DNA from: Rhynchopus sp. YZ270_cl-10 | Lineage: Eukaryota | DNA: 64,000 nucleotides | Assembly (NCBI GenBank): GCA_964035575.1 | Contig: OZ037838.1 | Coordinates: forward strand, 992,001 to 1,056,000 | Direction of reading: 5' to 3' | Shown: positions 46,570-58,686 of the stretch, piece by piece | Layout of the letters: each line of letters opens with the position of its first letter | How positions within the stretch are numbered: position 1 is the stretch's first letter | Notes under the pieces: model-generated | The model's database searches: none | What the model saw: the letters and a program-made list of their open reading frames with translations, nothing else | Told to the model about the DNA's origin: nothing | Translations under genes and position numbers: made by a program

Positions 46570-47853
46570 CTTTTTTATGTTTTTGTGTGATTCCCAAAAA
46601 ATACTAAAGTAGAAGGTACCAAATGTTCAAAGGAACATCGGTTTCACGACATACACCTCAAATAAAAGGGAAATCAAGCTGTCCACCCTTTCAAATACAA
46701 CTGCATGATTCTGAGGACTGAAAACAGGGTTAATGTCCAACCAATCTATTGAAGTTTCAATTTGTGTACCTTTTTTTTACGTTTTTCAAAACATACCAAA
46801 GGATGGGGACATTTTTGATCCCTATAACCTATGCGATCAGTTCATTGAATGCATATGTTGAAATAATTTACATTTTTTTTTTTGCTCGAAGCTTGCTTCC
46901 ATCCCCTTTGTGGAAGCTAGCAAATACTTCCTTTTTTTTTGCTTTTCTTTTTCCCTGACATCTACTGCAAAGGCTGCTTCTCTTTCTCTAATGATCTCCT
47001 GAAGAAAAAATTGTGGCTATCCTAATTGTAGCCCAAAAAAAAATTAAAACAAAAAGTATTGCCCCAGAATTAAGCAATAAGAACGCAATATTGTGATTGC
47101 AAATCAATCACAAGGATAGCACCACAGCCCATCGTTACGATGGCTCCCCCACGTATGTGGTTTCCTGAGGCTTTTGTTTTGTGCTTCTACCAATCTACTG
47201 AAGTTTCAAATTGTGCACGAAGCATTTTATTATTCTTTTTTACCTTTTGCAAAACATACAGAAATATGGGAACATTTTTTGTCCCTCCTATGCTATCAAT
47301 TTGATTGCATATGTTGAAATACTTTCTGCTTTTTTTGCATCCTGTCGAGGGTGTGTCCTTCAGTGAAGTGTCCCGCATTGCCTATTGCCATTGATTAGCA
47401 TTGCACATTACCCCCACAGCGCATTGAATTGCTGCTTTGGGGAGAGCTGTAATTGCAAAGAGCAAAATGCCAAAGGGAAGCGAACATCGAAGAATTTCCC
47501 TTCGCCTTTTTTTTTATTTAAAAGCAGCACCCTCGCACATATTTTTCTTCTTCGTATTCGTGTTGGTCACGTCATCAGAGCAATGTCGTTGTGCTGTGTT
47601 CGTGTTGAAGCTGATTGAAGATGCTTCTCGTGAAGCAGTGCCTCATCGGTCTCCCCTGTGGAAACGAAGCTCAACCACTGTCGCCACCTTCCTCAGTGTG
47701 TTGTACAGATAGGCAAGCTGCATGTTCCTGAGGCGTCTTCGTAAAATTTGCTTTTGTGATTCGCAACGAAAACCACCACCACCAGGCAGGACAGAACAAC
47801 ACCTCTCCCCCACACCCTCAACACTGCCCCAGAGCAATAATAAGCCAAAAACA

Positions 47854-48948
47854 ATGATGGATGTGACCTTTGTGCTGGAAGAGTCAGGCGTGACTGCGAC
47901 AGTGGAGGTGCCGTGCGAGGCGGACGTTGCAGCGGCAAAGGAGGTTGCGTGCACGGCGCTTGCTGTCTCGCCTGCGTCTGTCGAGATGCGCATCGGCACG
48001 CAGGTGCTGGAGGGGACGTGCCGTCTGCAGGACACTGCGTTTGATTCAGGGGTGCAGGTTGTGCTTGCCTGTCCTCGCTTTGCCGACATCAAGTGTCCTG
48101 CTGAGTACACTGCAACGCATGTGGGACCCTTGTCGCTGTCGCGTTGTGGAACGCTCTGCGTCTATTGTAGCCTCGATGGGCGTGTTGGTGGCTTCGACAC
48201 AGAAACCTTCAACACTTGCTGCTCTTTTGAAGTGGACGGTGACGTGCGCGGTCGGCCTGCCATCTCGCAGTGCAAGACACGCTGCTACCTGGCGTGTGGG
48301 GGTGATGTACGCATGGTTGCGCTTCCGGGTGGGGAGGTGCTTCGCAAAGTCTACGGCACCTCAGACTCAGTGTTCGCGTGTGGCAATGTTGTTGTCTCAA
48401 AGAGTGGAGACGGCGTCTCTGTGTATGACGAAGACCTGACGTTGCTTCGCACTCTCTCGCACGAAGGGTGCTGGGACATGGCTGTGTCGGACTGTGGTGG
48501 GTGGGTGATCACCTCCTCCGAAAACGAGAGCAACGCACGTCTGTGGGATGTGAACACAGGTGAAGCTGTGGCATGTGTGCCTACGAGTGGGTGGTGTATG
48601 GCGCTTTCACGGTCTGCCTCTGTCTTTGCTGTGGGGGTGGAAAACACGGTGCGCCTCTTTGATTGGAGTGGTGCGGCTCTTCGCAGTGTTGATATGTATG
48701 GGGATGGAAGGGGTATGCAGTTCACCCCGTGTGGGAAGTACCTTGTGGTCAGGGAAGTCGGGGATGATGATGGTGCTTACTATGCACAACTGCACCAGTT
48801 TGATGTGGCGACCATGTCCTGTGTGCGTGTGATACCGCAAAACTCAGGTGTGTCCTTTGCGATATCGCCGTGTTCACGTGTGGTTGTGGTTTTGCAATCA
48901 GATGGCGTCATTGCGACAAAGCATCTGTACCCACACAACAGTGAGTGA
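47854..48948 (+). CDS. Ubl + beta-propeller protein, copy 8 (364 aa)
   Basis: Same architecture; first copy of array 2. Confidence 0.85.
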   Translation: MMDVTFVLEESGVTATVEVPCEADVAAAKEVACTALAVSPASVEMRIGTQVLEGTCRLQDTAFDSGVQVVLACPRFADIKCPAEYTATHVGPLSLSRCGTLCVYCSLDGRVGGFDTETFNTCCSFEVDGDVRGRPAISQCKTRCYLACGGDVRMVALPGGEVLRKVYGTSDSVFACGNVVVSKSGDGVSVYDEDLTLLRTLSHEGCWDMAVSDCGGWVITSSENESNARLWDVNTGEAVACVPTSGWCMALSRSASVFAVGVENTVRLFDWSGAALRSVDMYGDGRGMQFTPCGKYLVVREVGDDDGAYYAQLHQFDVATMSCVRVIPQNSGVSFAISPCSRVVVVLQSDGVIATKHLYPHNSE

Positions 48949-49303
48949 TATGTGACCAGGGGTGGGGAGAGGAGGGGAGGCTGGTGATGAATATAACTCA
49001 GGGTACCAGCAAGAAAACCCAAGACCCTCAAAACACCCCCAAGAAACTCCCCTTTCAGCCCTGTTGCTGCTTTTCTCTTTGCCTCACAGGTCGCCCACCT
49101 CACACGTTGCCCATGCGATGCTCTCGTGTGCGTGACAGATCGCGATGCCGAGTATCATTTTCCTTTCGTCACCTCTCACAACGAGAACCACCACAAACAT
49201 GCAACACAGAACAACACCTCTCCCCCACCCACCTCATCACTCCCTCCGTTTGTGGTGGAGCAAACGTGCTGATTTGCACCTTCTCACGAAGCAACGCAAA
49301 ACA

Positions 49304-50425
49304 ATGATGGATGTGACCTTTGTGCTGGAAGAGTCAGGCGTGACTGCGACAGTGGAGGTGCCGTGCGAGGCGAACGTTGCAGCGGCAAAGGAGGTTGCGT
49401 GCACGGCGCTTGCTGTCTCGCCTGCGTCTGTCGAGATGCGCATCGGTACGCAGGTGCTGGAGGGGACGTGCCGTCTGCAGGACACTGCGTTTGAGGCAGG
49501 GGTGCAGGTTGTGCTTGCCCGCCCTCGCTTTGCCGACATCAAGTGTCCTGCTGAGTACAGTGCAGAGGCGCCAACTGGTTGGGAGTGGACGTCGCTAAAT
49601 CACGTATTGCTATCTCCTTGTGGAGCACTCTGCCTTTTTACACAGAGGGCAGTCTATGTCACCGGCCTCGATACAGAAACCTTCAGCACTGCCTTCAAGT
49701 TCAAAGTAGACATTGAGATGTGCGATAAGCCTGCCATCTCACGGTGCAAGACACGCTGCTACCTGGCGTGCAGGGAAGAAGGTATGCACGAGGTTGCGCT
49801 TCCGGGTGGGGAGGTGCTCCGCAAAGTCGACGACCCCTCGTACGCAGTGTTCGCGTGTGGCGGTGTTGTTGTCTCCCAAGGCAAAGACGGCGTCTCTGTG
49901 TATGACGAAGACCTGACGTTGCTCCGCTCTCTCTCGCACAAGGTGTGCCGCAAATCAGAAGTGTCGGACTGTGGTGGGTGGGTGATCACCTCCTCCATCT
50001 TGCAGAAGGACGCACGTCTGTGGGATGTGAACACAGGTGAAGCTGTTGCATGTGTGCCTGCGGATGGGAGGCACGTGGCGCTTTCAAGGTCTGCCTCTAT
50101 CTTTGCTGTGGTGTGCTCTGACAAAGTGAAGCTCTATGACTGGAGTGGTGCGGCTCTGGGCAGTTTTGAAAAGGAGCAGTCTCGCGTCGATGCCGTGCAG
50201 TTCACTCCATGTGGGGAGTACGTCGTAGTTGGCTTTAGAGAGAGTGGGAAAATATATTGTGAAGAGTACACTCTGCACCAGTATGATGTGGCGACCATGT
50301 CCTGTGTGCGCACGTTCTCTGGCGTCGCACTCTTGACATTTACGATATCGCCGTGTTCGCGTGTGGTACTGTTTACGACCTCGGGTCGAGAGACCATTGA
50401 GACGAGACATCTGTACCCCTACTGA
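49304..50425 (+). CDS. Ubl + beta-propeller protein, copy 9 (373 aa)
   Basis: Same architecture; intact ORF. Confidence 0.85.
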   Translation: MMDVTFVLEESGVTATVEVPCEANVAAAKEVACTALAVSPASVEMRIGTQVLEGTCRLQDTAFEAGVQVVLARPRFADIKCPAEYSAEAPTGWEWTSLNHVLLSPCGALCLFTQRAVYVTGLDTETFSTAFKFKVDIEMCDKPAISRCKTRCYLACREEGMHEVALPGGEVLRKVDDPSYAVFACGGVVVSQGKDGVSVYDEDLTLLRSLSHKVCRKSEVSDCGGWVITSSILQKDARLWDVNTGEAVACVPADGRHVALSRSASIFAVVCSDKVKLYDWSGAALGSFEKEQSRVDAVQFTPCGEYVVVGFRESGKIYCEEYTLHQYDVATMSCVRTFSGVALLTFTISPCSRVVLFTTSGRETIETRHLYPY

Positions 50426-51623
50426 GTGATGTTTTGCGAGAGGTTGTGTTTGTGCAGCTTCTCGCAGGCGGTCCACAATACACAAAAAGCGTTGTTGTTG
50501 TATATTTTTTTGCATTGGTATCGTTTCTTGTTGACTCTTTCGCGACCTGCATCCAAGCATGTGATCAACTTCACTTTGTTTGTTTTCATTATTCATGAGG
50601 ATCCAGTGAACCTTTTGACCCTACTCTCTGCCTGGGCAGTCCTAGCGGCGGTGTTTGCTTGGTTGCACTTGCGCAAAATATGGTCCCAGTGTACCATTGG
50701 TAAGCAATGTTATTTCAATGATGATACAGGTGAGTGACGACACCTCCCCTTTTGCCAGTTGGAAAGGTGTGCACGTTAGGCAATTTCCAGCATAATAGCA
50801 ACAGTGGCTTAATCTCTTTACATCACGGAGGGTCTTGCACTGACGATGTCCCCTCTGTTACAACCAATGTATGCAGTTAGGACTGAAACATGATGTACTG
50901 AAATTTTTGCCAACTACTTTATTTTCTTCACGTGACCCCTTTTAACCCACCCCCTTACCCTGAAACTTTGAAGATGCAACTTTTGTGTACAAAACAGCAC
51001 TTTTGAATGCAAATCAACAAATAAAAGCTACTTTCTAGGGTTGAGGATGGCCTCCGTCCATACCGATTAAGTACAAAGCCTTAGGGTGACATTGTGTACA
51101 GATCCTACCTCGGTAGGTGATTGTCGATACAACAAAAAAAGGTTTGCTTGTGTGTGTGTGTTTGATAACAGATTTAGAGTGGGTAACGCCTAAACGTAGT
51201 GGCCCACTTGTTTGTGTGTTCTGACATAGTGTCACTTACGGTGCCGAAAAATCGGCAGGGACCTAAAGCTCGGTCGTGCATGCCAAAGGGAAAAACCCGT
51301 GTTGGTGGGTCCCGCGTTAAAGAACAAAGACTCCAGGTCTCATGGGCGTTTGCTTCTAAGAGTGTGTGTGTTGTTCTGCTCTTGTGGGTTGCCGTTAAAC
51401 AGAAACACAAGCCTACCGACGAGCGGTTGTGTCTTCCCGTTCACACAACAGTACGGGCAGGTCATGAGGTTTCTTTTCACGTCTCCTGTGTGTTTGCAGG
51501 GTATCTTCAAATTGCTTGCTTTGTCAGAGTTTGTTGAAACACGTATTCAACCCACCAACCTTCTTATTTGTCGTTGCGAAGTAACCCCACCAACCATCAC
51601 AACACAACAGACCCCTTAACAAT

Positions 51624-52715
51624 ATGATGGATGTGACCTTTGTGCTGGAAGAGTCAGGCGTGACTGCGACAGTGGAGGTGCCGTGCGAGGCGGACGTTGC
51701 AGCGGCAAAGGAGGTTGCGTGCACGGCGCTTGCTGTCTCGCCTGCGTCTGTCGAGATACGCATCGGCACGCAGGTGCTGGAGGGGACGTGCCGTCTGCAG
51801 GACACTGCGTTTCGTGCAGGGGTGCAGGTTGTGCTTGCTCGCCGATTTGCCGACATCAAGTGTCCTGCTGAGTACAACGTACAGGAAGGAGTGAAGCACT
51901 TGTCGCTGTCGCGTTGTGGAACGCTCTGTCTCTCTTGTGATAAAAATCATACTATTAGTGGCTTCGACACAGAAACCTTCGACACTACCTTCGCTTTTAG
52001 TGTAAGTCAGCTTCGTTTCTGCGCTTCCCCTGCTATCTCGCAGTGCAAGACACGCTGCTACCTGGCGTGTGGGGAGGACTTTCGTGTGCTTGCGCTTCCG
52101 GGTGGGGAGGTGCTCCGCAAAGTCGACGGCCCTTCGTATGCAGTGTTCGCGTGTGGCGGTGTTGTTGTCTCCCGAGGCACAGACGGCGTCTCTGTGTATG
52201 ACGAAGACCTGACGTTGCTCCGCTCTCTCTCGCATGAAAGGTGCAGCGAGGTGGCAGTGTCGGACTGTGGTGGGCGGGTGATCACCTCTTCCGACAAGGA
52301 GAAGAACGCACGTCTGTGGGATGTGAACACAGGTGAAGCTGTGGCATGTGTGCCCGTGGCAGGGGGCAATGTGGCGCTTTCACGGTCTGCCTCTGTCTTT
52401 GCTGTAGAGGGCTCTGACAAAGTGCACCTCTATGATTGGAGTGGTGCGGCTATGGGCAGCTTTGCCCAGGACTCAGGCACTTACTTCTGCGGCATGCAGT
52501 TCACCCCGTGTGGGAAGTACCTTGTGATTAACAGTCTGGATGTACAGTGCGGTGCCTGGTCCCTGCTTCAGTATGATTTGTCGAGCATGTCCTGCGTACG
52601 TGAGATACCGAACACCAAAGGTTCGCCCTTTACGATATCGCCATGTTCGCGTGTGGTTGTGTTTGAAAACCAGTCTGGCAACACTATACTAACAAGACAC
52701 CTGCACCCCTACTAG
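51624..52715 (+). CDS. Ubl + beta-propeller protein, copy 10 (363 aa)
   Basis: Same architecture; intact ORF. Confidence 0.85.
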   Translation: MMDVTFVLEESGVTATVEVPCEADVAAAKEVACTALAVSPASVEIRIGTQVLEGTCRLQDTAFRAGVQVVLARRFADIKCPAEYNVQEGVKHLSLSRCGTLCLSCDKNHTISGFDTETFDTTFAFSVSQLRFCASPAISQCKTRCYLACGEDFRVLALPGGEVLRKVDGPSYAVFACGGVVVSRGTDGVSVYDEDLTLLRSLSHERCSEVAVSDCGGRVITSSDKEKNARLWDVNTGEAVACVPVAGGNVALSRSASVFAVEGSDKVHLYDWSGAAMGSFAQDSGTYFCGMQFTPCGKYLVINSLDVQCGAWSLLQYDLSSMSCVREIPNTKGSPFTISPCSRVVVFENQSGNTILTRHLHPY

Positions 52716-53299
52716 GGTCTGAGGTGCGTCCCTCTTTCTTGCCTAATAGCTTCTTCATTTGCGCAAAGGCGAAATGTCAAAGATGAAACATCATCAAGGA
52801 GCTTTCTTCCCCTAAACACCCTGGTTTTGTCGTGCGATTAATGTTAAGTTTCTATTTTGCTTACTTTTCCATGAGGATCCCATCCGTTAAACGGAAACAC
52901 AACCCGCTGACGAGTGGTTGTGGACCTTCCCCCTTCACACCACAGTAAGGGCAGGCCATGAGGTTTCTTTTCTTCAATGCGCTGTGCTTGTGTGCACAGC
53001 AGTGTACATACCCTTGCAAGCTTTCTTAGAAGATGACCACCAGCCTTTGTGCAATGTCCCGCTCTGAGGTAGTGCACAACTGCTGTTCATACACGACACA
53101 CAGGACTTTCCACCCCACACCAAGATGTTTACCTTCGGTTGCTGTCTGACGTCTCATGAGGACCAGAGTAAAGTGGACAGAGATACACTCCTCTCCATTG
53201 ATCGAGACAACATGATCAGCAGGGGCAGTCGGCACAAAGTCAGCGCAACCACCATGTCATCCACCATCTACACCTTCCACGAGGAGCCTCTTGGCACGG

Positions 53300-54511
53300 A
53301 TGGGTGCACAGCCGCTCTTGGTGAGGCGCTTTCGTTGCCTCTGCGCACCACAGAGGGCACAGCAGGCACATGCTTCGTCGCATACGACCCAGCAAAGTGC
53401 TTTGAGCCGAGGCACACTGGAGGTTGCCAAGCGTGTCATGGAGGCGGGCTTTGCAAAGAACGTCAGGTTTTCGATGGCGGCGTTCCTACTCGAAGACAGC
53501 AGTGCAGTAGACGTGTTCTCCAATAAGCCTATGGAGCTGCCGAAGGTGGTCAACGGTGCGCTTGAAGGCGCCACTACGAAGGAGGTGGCGACGTGGGCCG
53601 CAGCAGCGAGGTTGATTGACGATGTGCACAAGATGCCAAGGAGCGAAGACACATCGACGTGCATTCACTTTATGAAGGGAAACGACCGTGCGTCTTCCTT
53701 CTATGTTGTGGCCATACCGACTGGAGAGAAGGGTGACGCGTTTGCAACCTGTATCACAATGGCTGCGAAGAAGAAGAAGAAACCGACTCCCTTCAAAAGG
53801 TCGCTTCTGACACAGATGCTGGCAGAGGTGTTTGTCAGTGGCAGCACTGCGATGTGCACGTTCCTGCCGCCCACCATAGACAAGGCGGAACCCGTCATCA
53901 GTTATGCTGAGAGCTGCGGCGCTATGGAATATGCACATCCATTCGGCATAAACGTGTATGAAGACGGCAAGCATTCCGAGGTGCGAGTCTTCCTGAATCA
54001 TATGCCCAGGGACGATCTTGGGTGTTTACGCAGCAAGGTTGCTTTGAAGTGTGGACTGCCGGAGGGGCGAGTCCGGTTGGAACATAGCACAACGCACAAA
54101 TGCCTGACTGATCCCAACAAGGAGGCCCCTTTTTTCACACCACCTCATAATATTGTGTTGTACGCTAACATACGTGTGCTGCCGGTGCTGCAGCAGGGGT
54201 GGTGGGTTGAGGTGTTGGAGGATGCGGGGGAGGGCCCATCTGTCCGTGCCGCACAGATCACGGATGTGGACGGTGACTACGTGGTGTCGGTCGAGAAGGC
54301 GTCGCATGGCTTCAAACCAGAGGAGCTGTGCATAGCACCGATCAACACACACAAGGCAAGACCGGATCTGCCCTTCTCCTTCCATCGCAGCGACGGCCAG
54401 ACAGGCCTGGGGCTCGAGCAGTACCTCACGGAGAACGGGCACGTGGCAGCACCGATCGGCTGCTTCGTGTCGGACACTGCAGAGGACTTCTTCCCGACAC
54501 CCACGCCGTAG
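53300..54511 (+). CDS. Hypothetical protein inside array 2, with possible internal Ubl-like and Tudor/SH3-like domains; start uncertain
   Basis: ~400-codon ORF with coding-like composition. An upstream ATG at 53254 in another frame suggests a possible frameshifted 5' end. Confidence 0.55.
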   Translation: MGAQPLLVRRFRCLCAPQRAQQAHASSHTTQQSALSRGTLEVAKRVMEAGFAKNVRFSMAAFLLEDSSAVDVFSNKPMELPKVVNGALEGATTKEVATWAAAARLIDDVHKMPRSEDTSTCIHFMKGNDRASSFYVVAIPTGEKGDAFATCITMAAKKKKKPTPFKRSLLTQMLAEVFVSGSTAMCTFLPPTIDKAEPVISYAESCGAMEYAHPFGINVYEDGKHSEVRVFLNHMPRDDLGCLRSKVALKCGLPEGRVRLEHSTTHKCLTDPNKEAPFFTPPHNIVLYANIRVLPVLQQGWWVEVLEDAGEGPSVRAAQITDVDGDYVVSVEKASHGFKPEELCIAPINTHKARPDLPFSFHRSDGQTGLGLEQYLTENGHVAAPIGCFVSDTAEDFFPTPTP

Positions 54512-55399
54512 TGCGGGAGCGACGGTGCTGAGATGTGTGTGCTGCCTTCGCATGCGGGTTTGGCATTCGGTATGTGGGTGCGCTGCTGCTCCACACGGCA
54601 GAGTTCTTCTGTGTCCACTGTCGCAGCTGTGTGGTGCCACCTTGCTTCCGCATCGGTTGCGCGCACTGATGTGGCTGCCATCAAGCAACCCTCACGACGA
54701 ACGACACATGTCATAACATGACAAGCACATGTTATAAGCACAATAACAAACACAAAACGTTATCACATAACTGCTTGGGTTCGGTAGGGGAGCAGGTTGC
54801 TATTAGGTCCTGTTCCAAAATTTATTCTTGATAAGACGTGTGCATTTCTAAGTAAATTTTTCAGTAACCACGAGTCGTTCTTTTCCCTCCCGTGCTCCCC
54901 ATCTCACTCACACACCAGGAAAATTGTCAAAAAAAAATCGTTCATTATTGTGAGCAGCGTTTGGTGATAAAAAAGTGTACCTGAGTGTGGGGATGCGTTC
55001 AAGAGTTAAACACTTCCCCCCGAACCCCCTTTCGTCTTTTTTCTTTATCCAAACGGCAAGTGGATGCGTAATGTTCATTTTGCATAATGTTAAATTAAAC
55101 AATACAGCATACGATACACGCCCCCATAAAAAGTCTCGAGAAAACACATTTTTTTTGACAACCGCACTCGGCTGTGCCCTTTTTTCTTTCAGGTATATTA
55201 GGGCAATGTGACAGAGGTCGGACAAGTTGGAACTCGCACTGTTCTGTGCTTGAGATCCCATCCTTCACTGATCCGTGTTGGAGACCGTACACAGCACTCC
55301 CTCCCTCGTTCTTTGCCAATCACAGAGACGAACTCACTCCACGAGTTGCGAAGTGACCCCACCAACCATCACATCAAACACAACAGACCCCTTAACAAT

Positions 55400-56602
55400 A
55401 TGATGGATGTGACCTTTGTGCTGGAAGAGTCAGGCGTGACTGCGACAGTGGAGGTGCCGTGCGAGGCGAACGTTGCAGCGGCAAAGGAGGTTGCGTGCAC
55501 GGCGCTTACTGTCTCGCCTGCGTCTGTCGAGATGCGCATCGGCATGCAGGTGCTGGAGGGGACGTGCCGTCTGCAGGACACTGCGTTTGATGCAGGGGTG
55601 CAGGTTGTGCTTGCCTGTCCTCGCTTGGCCGACATCAAGTGTCCTGCTGAGTACACTGCAGAGCCGCAAGCGACGTCGTTGACGCTGTCACGTTGTGGAA
55701 CGCTTTGTGTCCACAGTAACGAGAGTGGGCATGTTGGCGGCTTCGACACAGAAACCTTCGACACTGTCTTCAAGTTCAAAGTGGACAATGAAGTGTTCGG
55801 TCCACCTGCCATCTCGCAGTGCAAGACACGCTGCTACCTGGCATGCAAGGATTGCCTTCTCGAGTTAGCGCTTCCGGGTGGGGAGGTGCTCCGCAAAGTC
55901 GACGGCCCCTCCGTTTCAATACGGACCTGTGGCAGTGTTGTTGTCTCGAAGGGCAAAGACGGCGTCTCTGTGTATGACGAAGACCTGACGTTGCTCCGCT
56001 CTCTCTCGCACGAAGAGTGCAGGGACCTGGCACTGTCGGACTGTGGTGGGTGGGTGATGACCTCCATCACCTGCTCCTCCGAAGAGGACAACGCACGTCT
56101 GTGGGATGTGAACACAGGTGAAGCTGTGGCATGTGTGCCTGCGGAGGGGTGGTGGTGTATAGTGGCGCTTTCACGGTCTGCCTCTGTCTTTGCTGTGGGG
56201 AGCGATAGCAGTGTACGCCTCTATGATTGGAGTGGTGCGGCTCTTCTCAGTGTTGATATAGATGGGGATGTCCAGCGCATGCAGTTCACACCATGTGGGA
56301 AGTACCTTGTGGCAAAGGTAGAGGTATATATGGCTGATGAGGACACCGATGATACTGATGGCAGCAGCATTTACTCCGATTTCAAGTCATACCTGCACCA
56401 GTATGATGTGGCGACCATGTCCTGTGTGCGTGTTATGTCGCAAACCGAGCATGCGGAATTTGCGATATCGCCGTGTTCACGTGTTGTTGTGGTTATGCAA
56501 TCAGACGGCGTCATTGTGACACAGCATCTGTACCCATACTCTGGTGAGCAGTGTGTCAGTAGAGAGGAGGGAAGCGGTGGGGAGGGAGGGGAGGGGGAGT
56601 GA
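55400..56602 (+). CDS. Ubl + beta-propeller protein, copy 11 (400 aa; extended C-terminus)
   Basis: Same architecture; the family stop is replaced, giving the tail QCVSREEGSGGEGGEGE. Confidence 0.85.
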   Translation: MMDVTFVLEESGVTATVEVPCEANVAAAKEVACTALTVSPASVEMRIGMQVLEGTCRLQDTAFDAGVQVVLACPRLADIKCPAEYTAEPQATSLTLSRCGTLCVHSNESGHVGGFDTETFDTVFKFKVDNEVFGPPAISQCKTRCYLACKDCLLELALPGGEVLRKVDGPSVSIRTCGSVVVSKGKDGVSVYDEDLTLLRSLSHEECRDLALSDCGGWVMTSITCSSEEDNARLWDVNTGEAVACVPAEGWWCIVALSRSASVFAVGSDSSVRLYDWSGAALLSVDIDGDVQRMQFTPCGKYLVAKVEVYMADEDTDDTDGSSIYSDFKSYLHQYDVATMSCVRVMSQTEHAEFAISPCSRVVVVMQSDGVIVTQHLYPYSGEQCVSREEGSGGEGGEGE

Positions 56603-56929
56603 TGATGAATATAACTCAGGGTACCAGCAAGAAAACCAAAGACCCTCAAAACACCCCCAAGAAACCCCCCTTTCAGCCCTGTTGCTGCTTTTCTCTTCTT
56701 TGCCTGCCACAGGTCGCCCACCTCACACACCTCACTCCTGTGTGTTTGCCAGGGTATCTTCAAACTTTCCTTACTCTTGCAGTGTGTCCTTACTGGACGG
56801 TTTGGGTATCTTCAAATTGCTTGCTTTGTCAGAGTTTGTTGAAACACGTATTTAACCCACCAACCTTCTTATTTGTCGTTGCGAAGTGACAACAACCATC
56901 ACATCAAACACAACAGACCCTTTAACAAT

Positions 56930-58024
56930 ATGATGGATGTGACCTTTGTGCTGGAAGAGTCAGGCGTGACTGCGACAGTGGAGGTGCCGTGCGAGGCGAA
57001 CGTTGCAGCGGCAAAGGAGGTTGCGTGCACGGCGCTTGCTGTCTCGCCTGCGTCTGTCGAGATGCGCATCGGCACGCAGGTGCTGGAGGGGACGTGCCGT
57101 CTGCAGGACACTGCGTTTGGTGCAGGGGTGCAGGTTGTGCTTGCCCGCCGCTTTGCCGACATCAAGTGTCCTGCTGAGTACGATGCCCGTGTAGAAGGAT
57201 TGTCGCTGTCGCGTTGTGGAACGCTCTGCATCTTCACAAAAAGTGGTTTCCAGGGGCGTGTTGGTGCCTTCGACACAGAAACCTTCACCACTGCCTTCGA
57301 CTCCACACTATCCTACATAGCGTTATACCCCCCTGCCATATCGCAGTGCAAGACACGCTGCTACCTGGCAAGCGAGCAAGGCCTGCGACAGGTTGCGCTT
57401 CCGGGTTGTGAGATGATCCGCAAAGTCGACGGCTCCTCGCACTCAGTGTTCGCGTGTGGCAATGTTGTTGTCTCACGGGACAGAAGCGGTGTCTCTGTGT
57501 ATGACGAAGACCTGACGTTGCTCCGCTCTCTCACACATGAAGGGTGCCGCAATGCAGCAGTGTCGGACTGTGGTGGGTGGGTGATCACCGCCTCCGAAAT
57601 CGATAGCAACGCACGTCTGTGGGATGTGAACACAGGTGAAGCTGTGGCATGTGTGCCTGCGCCAATGTGCGCTGTCGCACTTTCACGGTCTGCCTCTGTC
57701 TTTGCTGTAGCGGACTCTGGCAACGTGCACCTCTTTGATTGGAGCGGTGCGGCTCTTCGCAGTGTTGATATGGATGCACCTGTTGGGGCTATGCAGTTCA
57801 CACCGTGTGGGAAGTACCTTGTGATACTAAGACATTGCACGGGACCTGGGTTTGATTGGAACTACGACCTTCACCAGTATGATGTGGCGAACACGTCCTG
57901 TGTGCGTGTGATTAAGAATATCAGTGGTTCATCGTTTGCGATATCCCCATGTTCACGTGTGGTTGTGTTTGGCCAAGGCTCGTCCATTGTAACAAGGCAT
58001 CTCTACCCATACAACAGTGAGTGA
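56930..58024 (+). CDS. Ubl + beta-propeller protein, copy 12 (364 aa)
   Basis: Same architecture; intact ORF. Confidence 0.85.
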   Translation: MMDVTFVLEESGVTATVEVPCEANVAAAKEVACTALAVSPASVEMRIGTQVLEGTCRLQDTAFGAGVQVVLARRFADIKCPAEYDARVEGLSLSRCGTLCIFTKSGFQGRVGAFDTETFTTAFDSTLSYIALYPPAISQCKTRCYLASEQGLRQVALPGCEMIRKVDGSSHSVFACGNVVVSRDRSGVSVYDEDLTLLRSLTHEGCRNAAVSDCGGWVITASEIDSNARLWDVNTGEAVACVPAPMCAVALSRSASVFAVADSGNVHLFDWSGAALRSVDMDAPVGAMQFTPCGKYLVILRHCTGPGFDWNYDLHQYDVANTSCVRVIKNISGSSFAISPCSRVVVFGQGSSIVTRHLYPYNSE

Positions 58025-58440
58025 GACTTTGCTTTGCAAAGACCCCTTTGCTTTGCAGCTTTGCCCTGTGGTGCGGCTTTGATGGGAGGGAATGGGTGTT
58101 GCGTTTGCTTCTTGTTGGACGTAGTTAAAAAAAAAAGAAGCAAGCACATTTTTTTCTTCGTATTCGTGTTTGTCACGTCATCATGTGGAAAAGAAAACCG
58201 ACTACAATAGGTTGTGGGAATTAGCAGGTTAGGAATTACTACCTGACAAGCAACCTAGGGTGTCATACTTCAGCTGTCAAGCATTTTTCTGTTTTTTCTT
58301 CTTCTCTTTTGTTGCGTGGGTCTGGTTTTTCACTAAAAAAGCTGCAACGGGAGCAATGTGGCTCGGGTCGACGTATTTTATCTCTAATTTTTTACCTATG
58401 TAACCCCTGTGTGTTATTTTAAATTTGTGTGTTATGTCAC

Positions 58441-58686
58441 CAATGCGTCATCGGGAGCAGGGCGACTCGTGGTCGACTGCGAGAGATTTGTTGATAGTGT
58501 GCGCGCTCAGCCGACACGCAATCTCTGTTTGGACCGTGCGCATGGTTTAGCGTATTATTGTCCTGCTTTTAGCTTTGTAGCTTTTCCTGCTTGTGTTTTG
58601 TCGCCAATGTGTCATCGGGAGCAGTGCGACTCGGGTCGACTGCGAGAGGTTGTTGATAGTGTGCGGGCACAGCCGACACGCAACCT
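58441..58686. repeat. ~85-bp imperfect direct repeat, 2 copies (~165-bp period)
   Basis: caatg.gtcatcgggagcag.gcgactcg.gtcgactgcgagag..tgttgatagtgtgcg.gc.cagccgacacgcaa at 58441 and ~58606. Confidence 0.75.
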
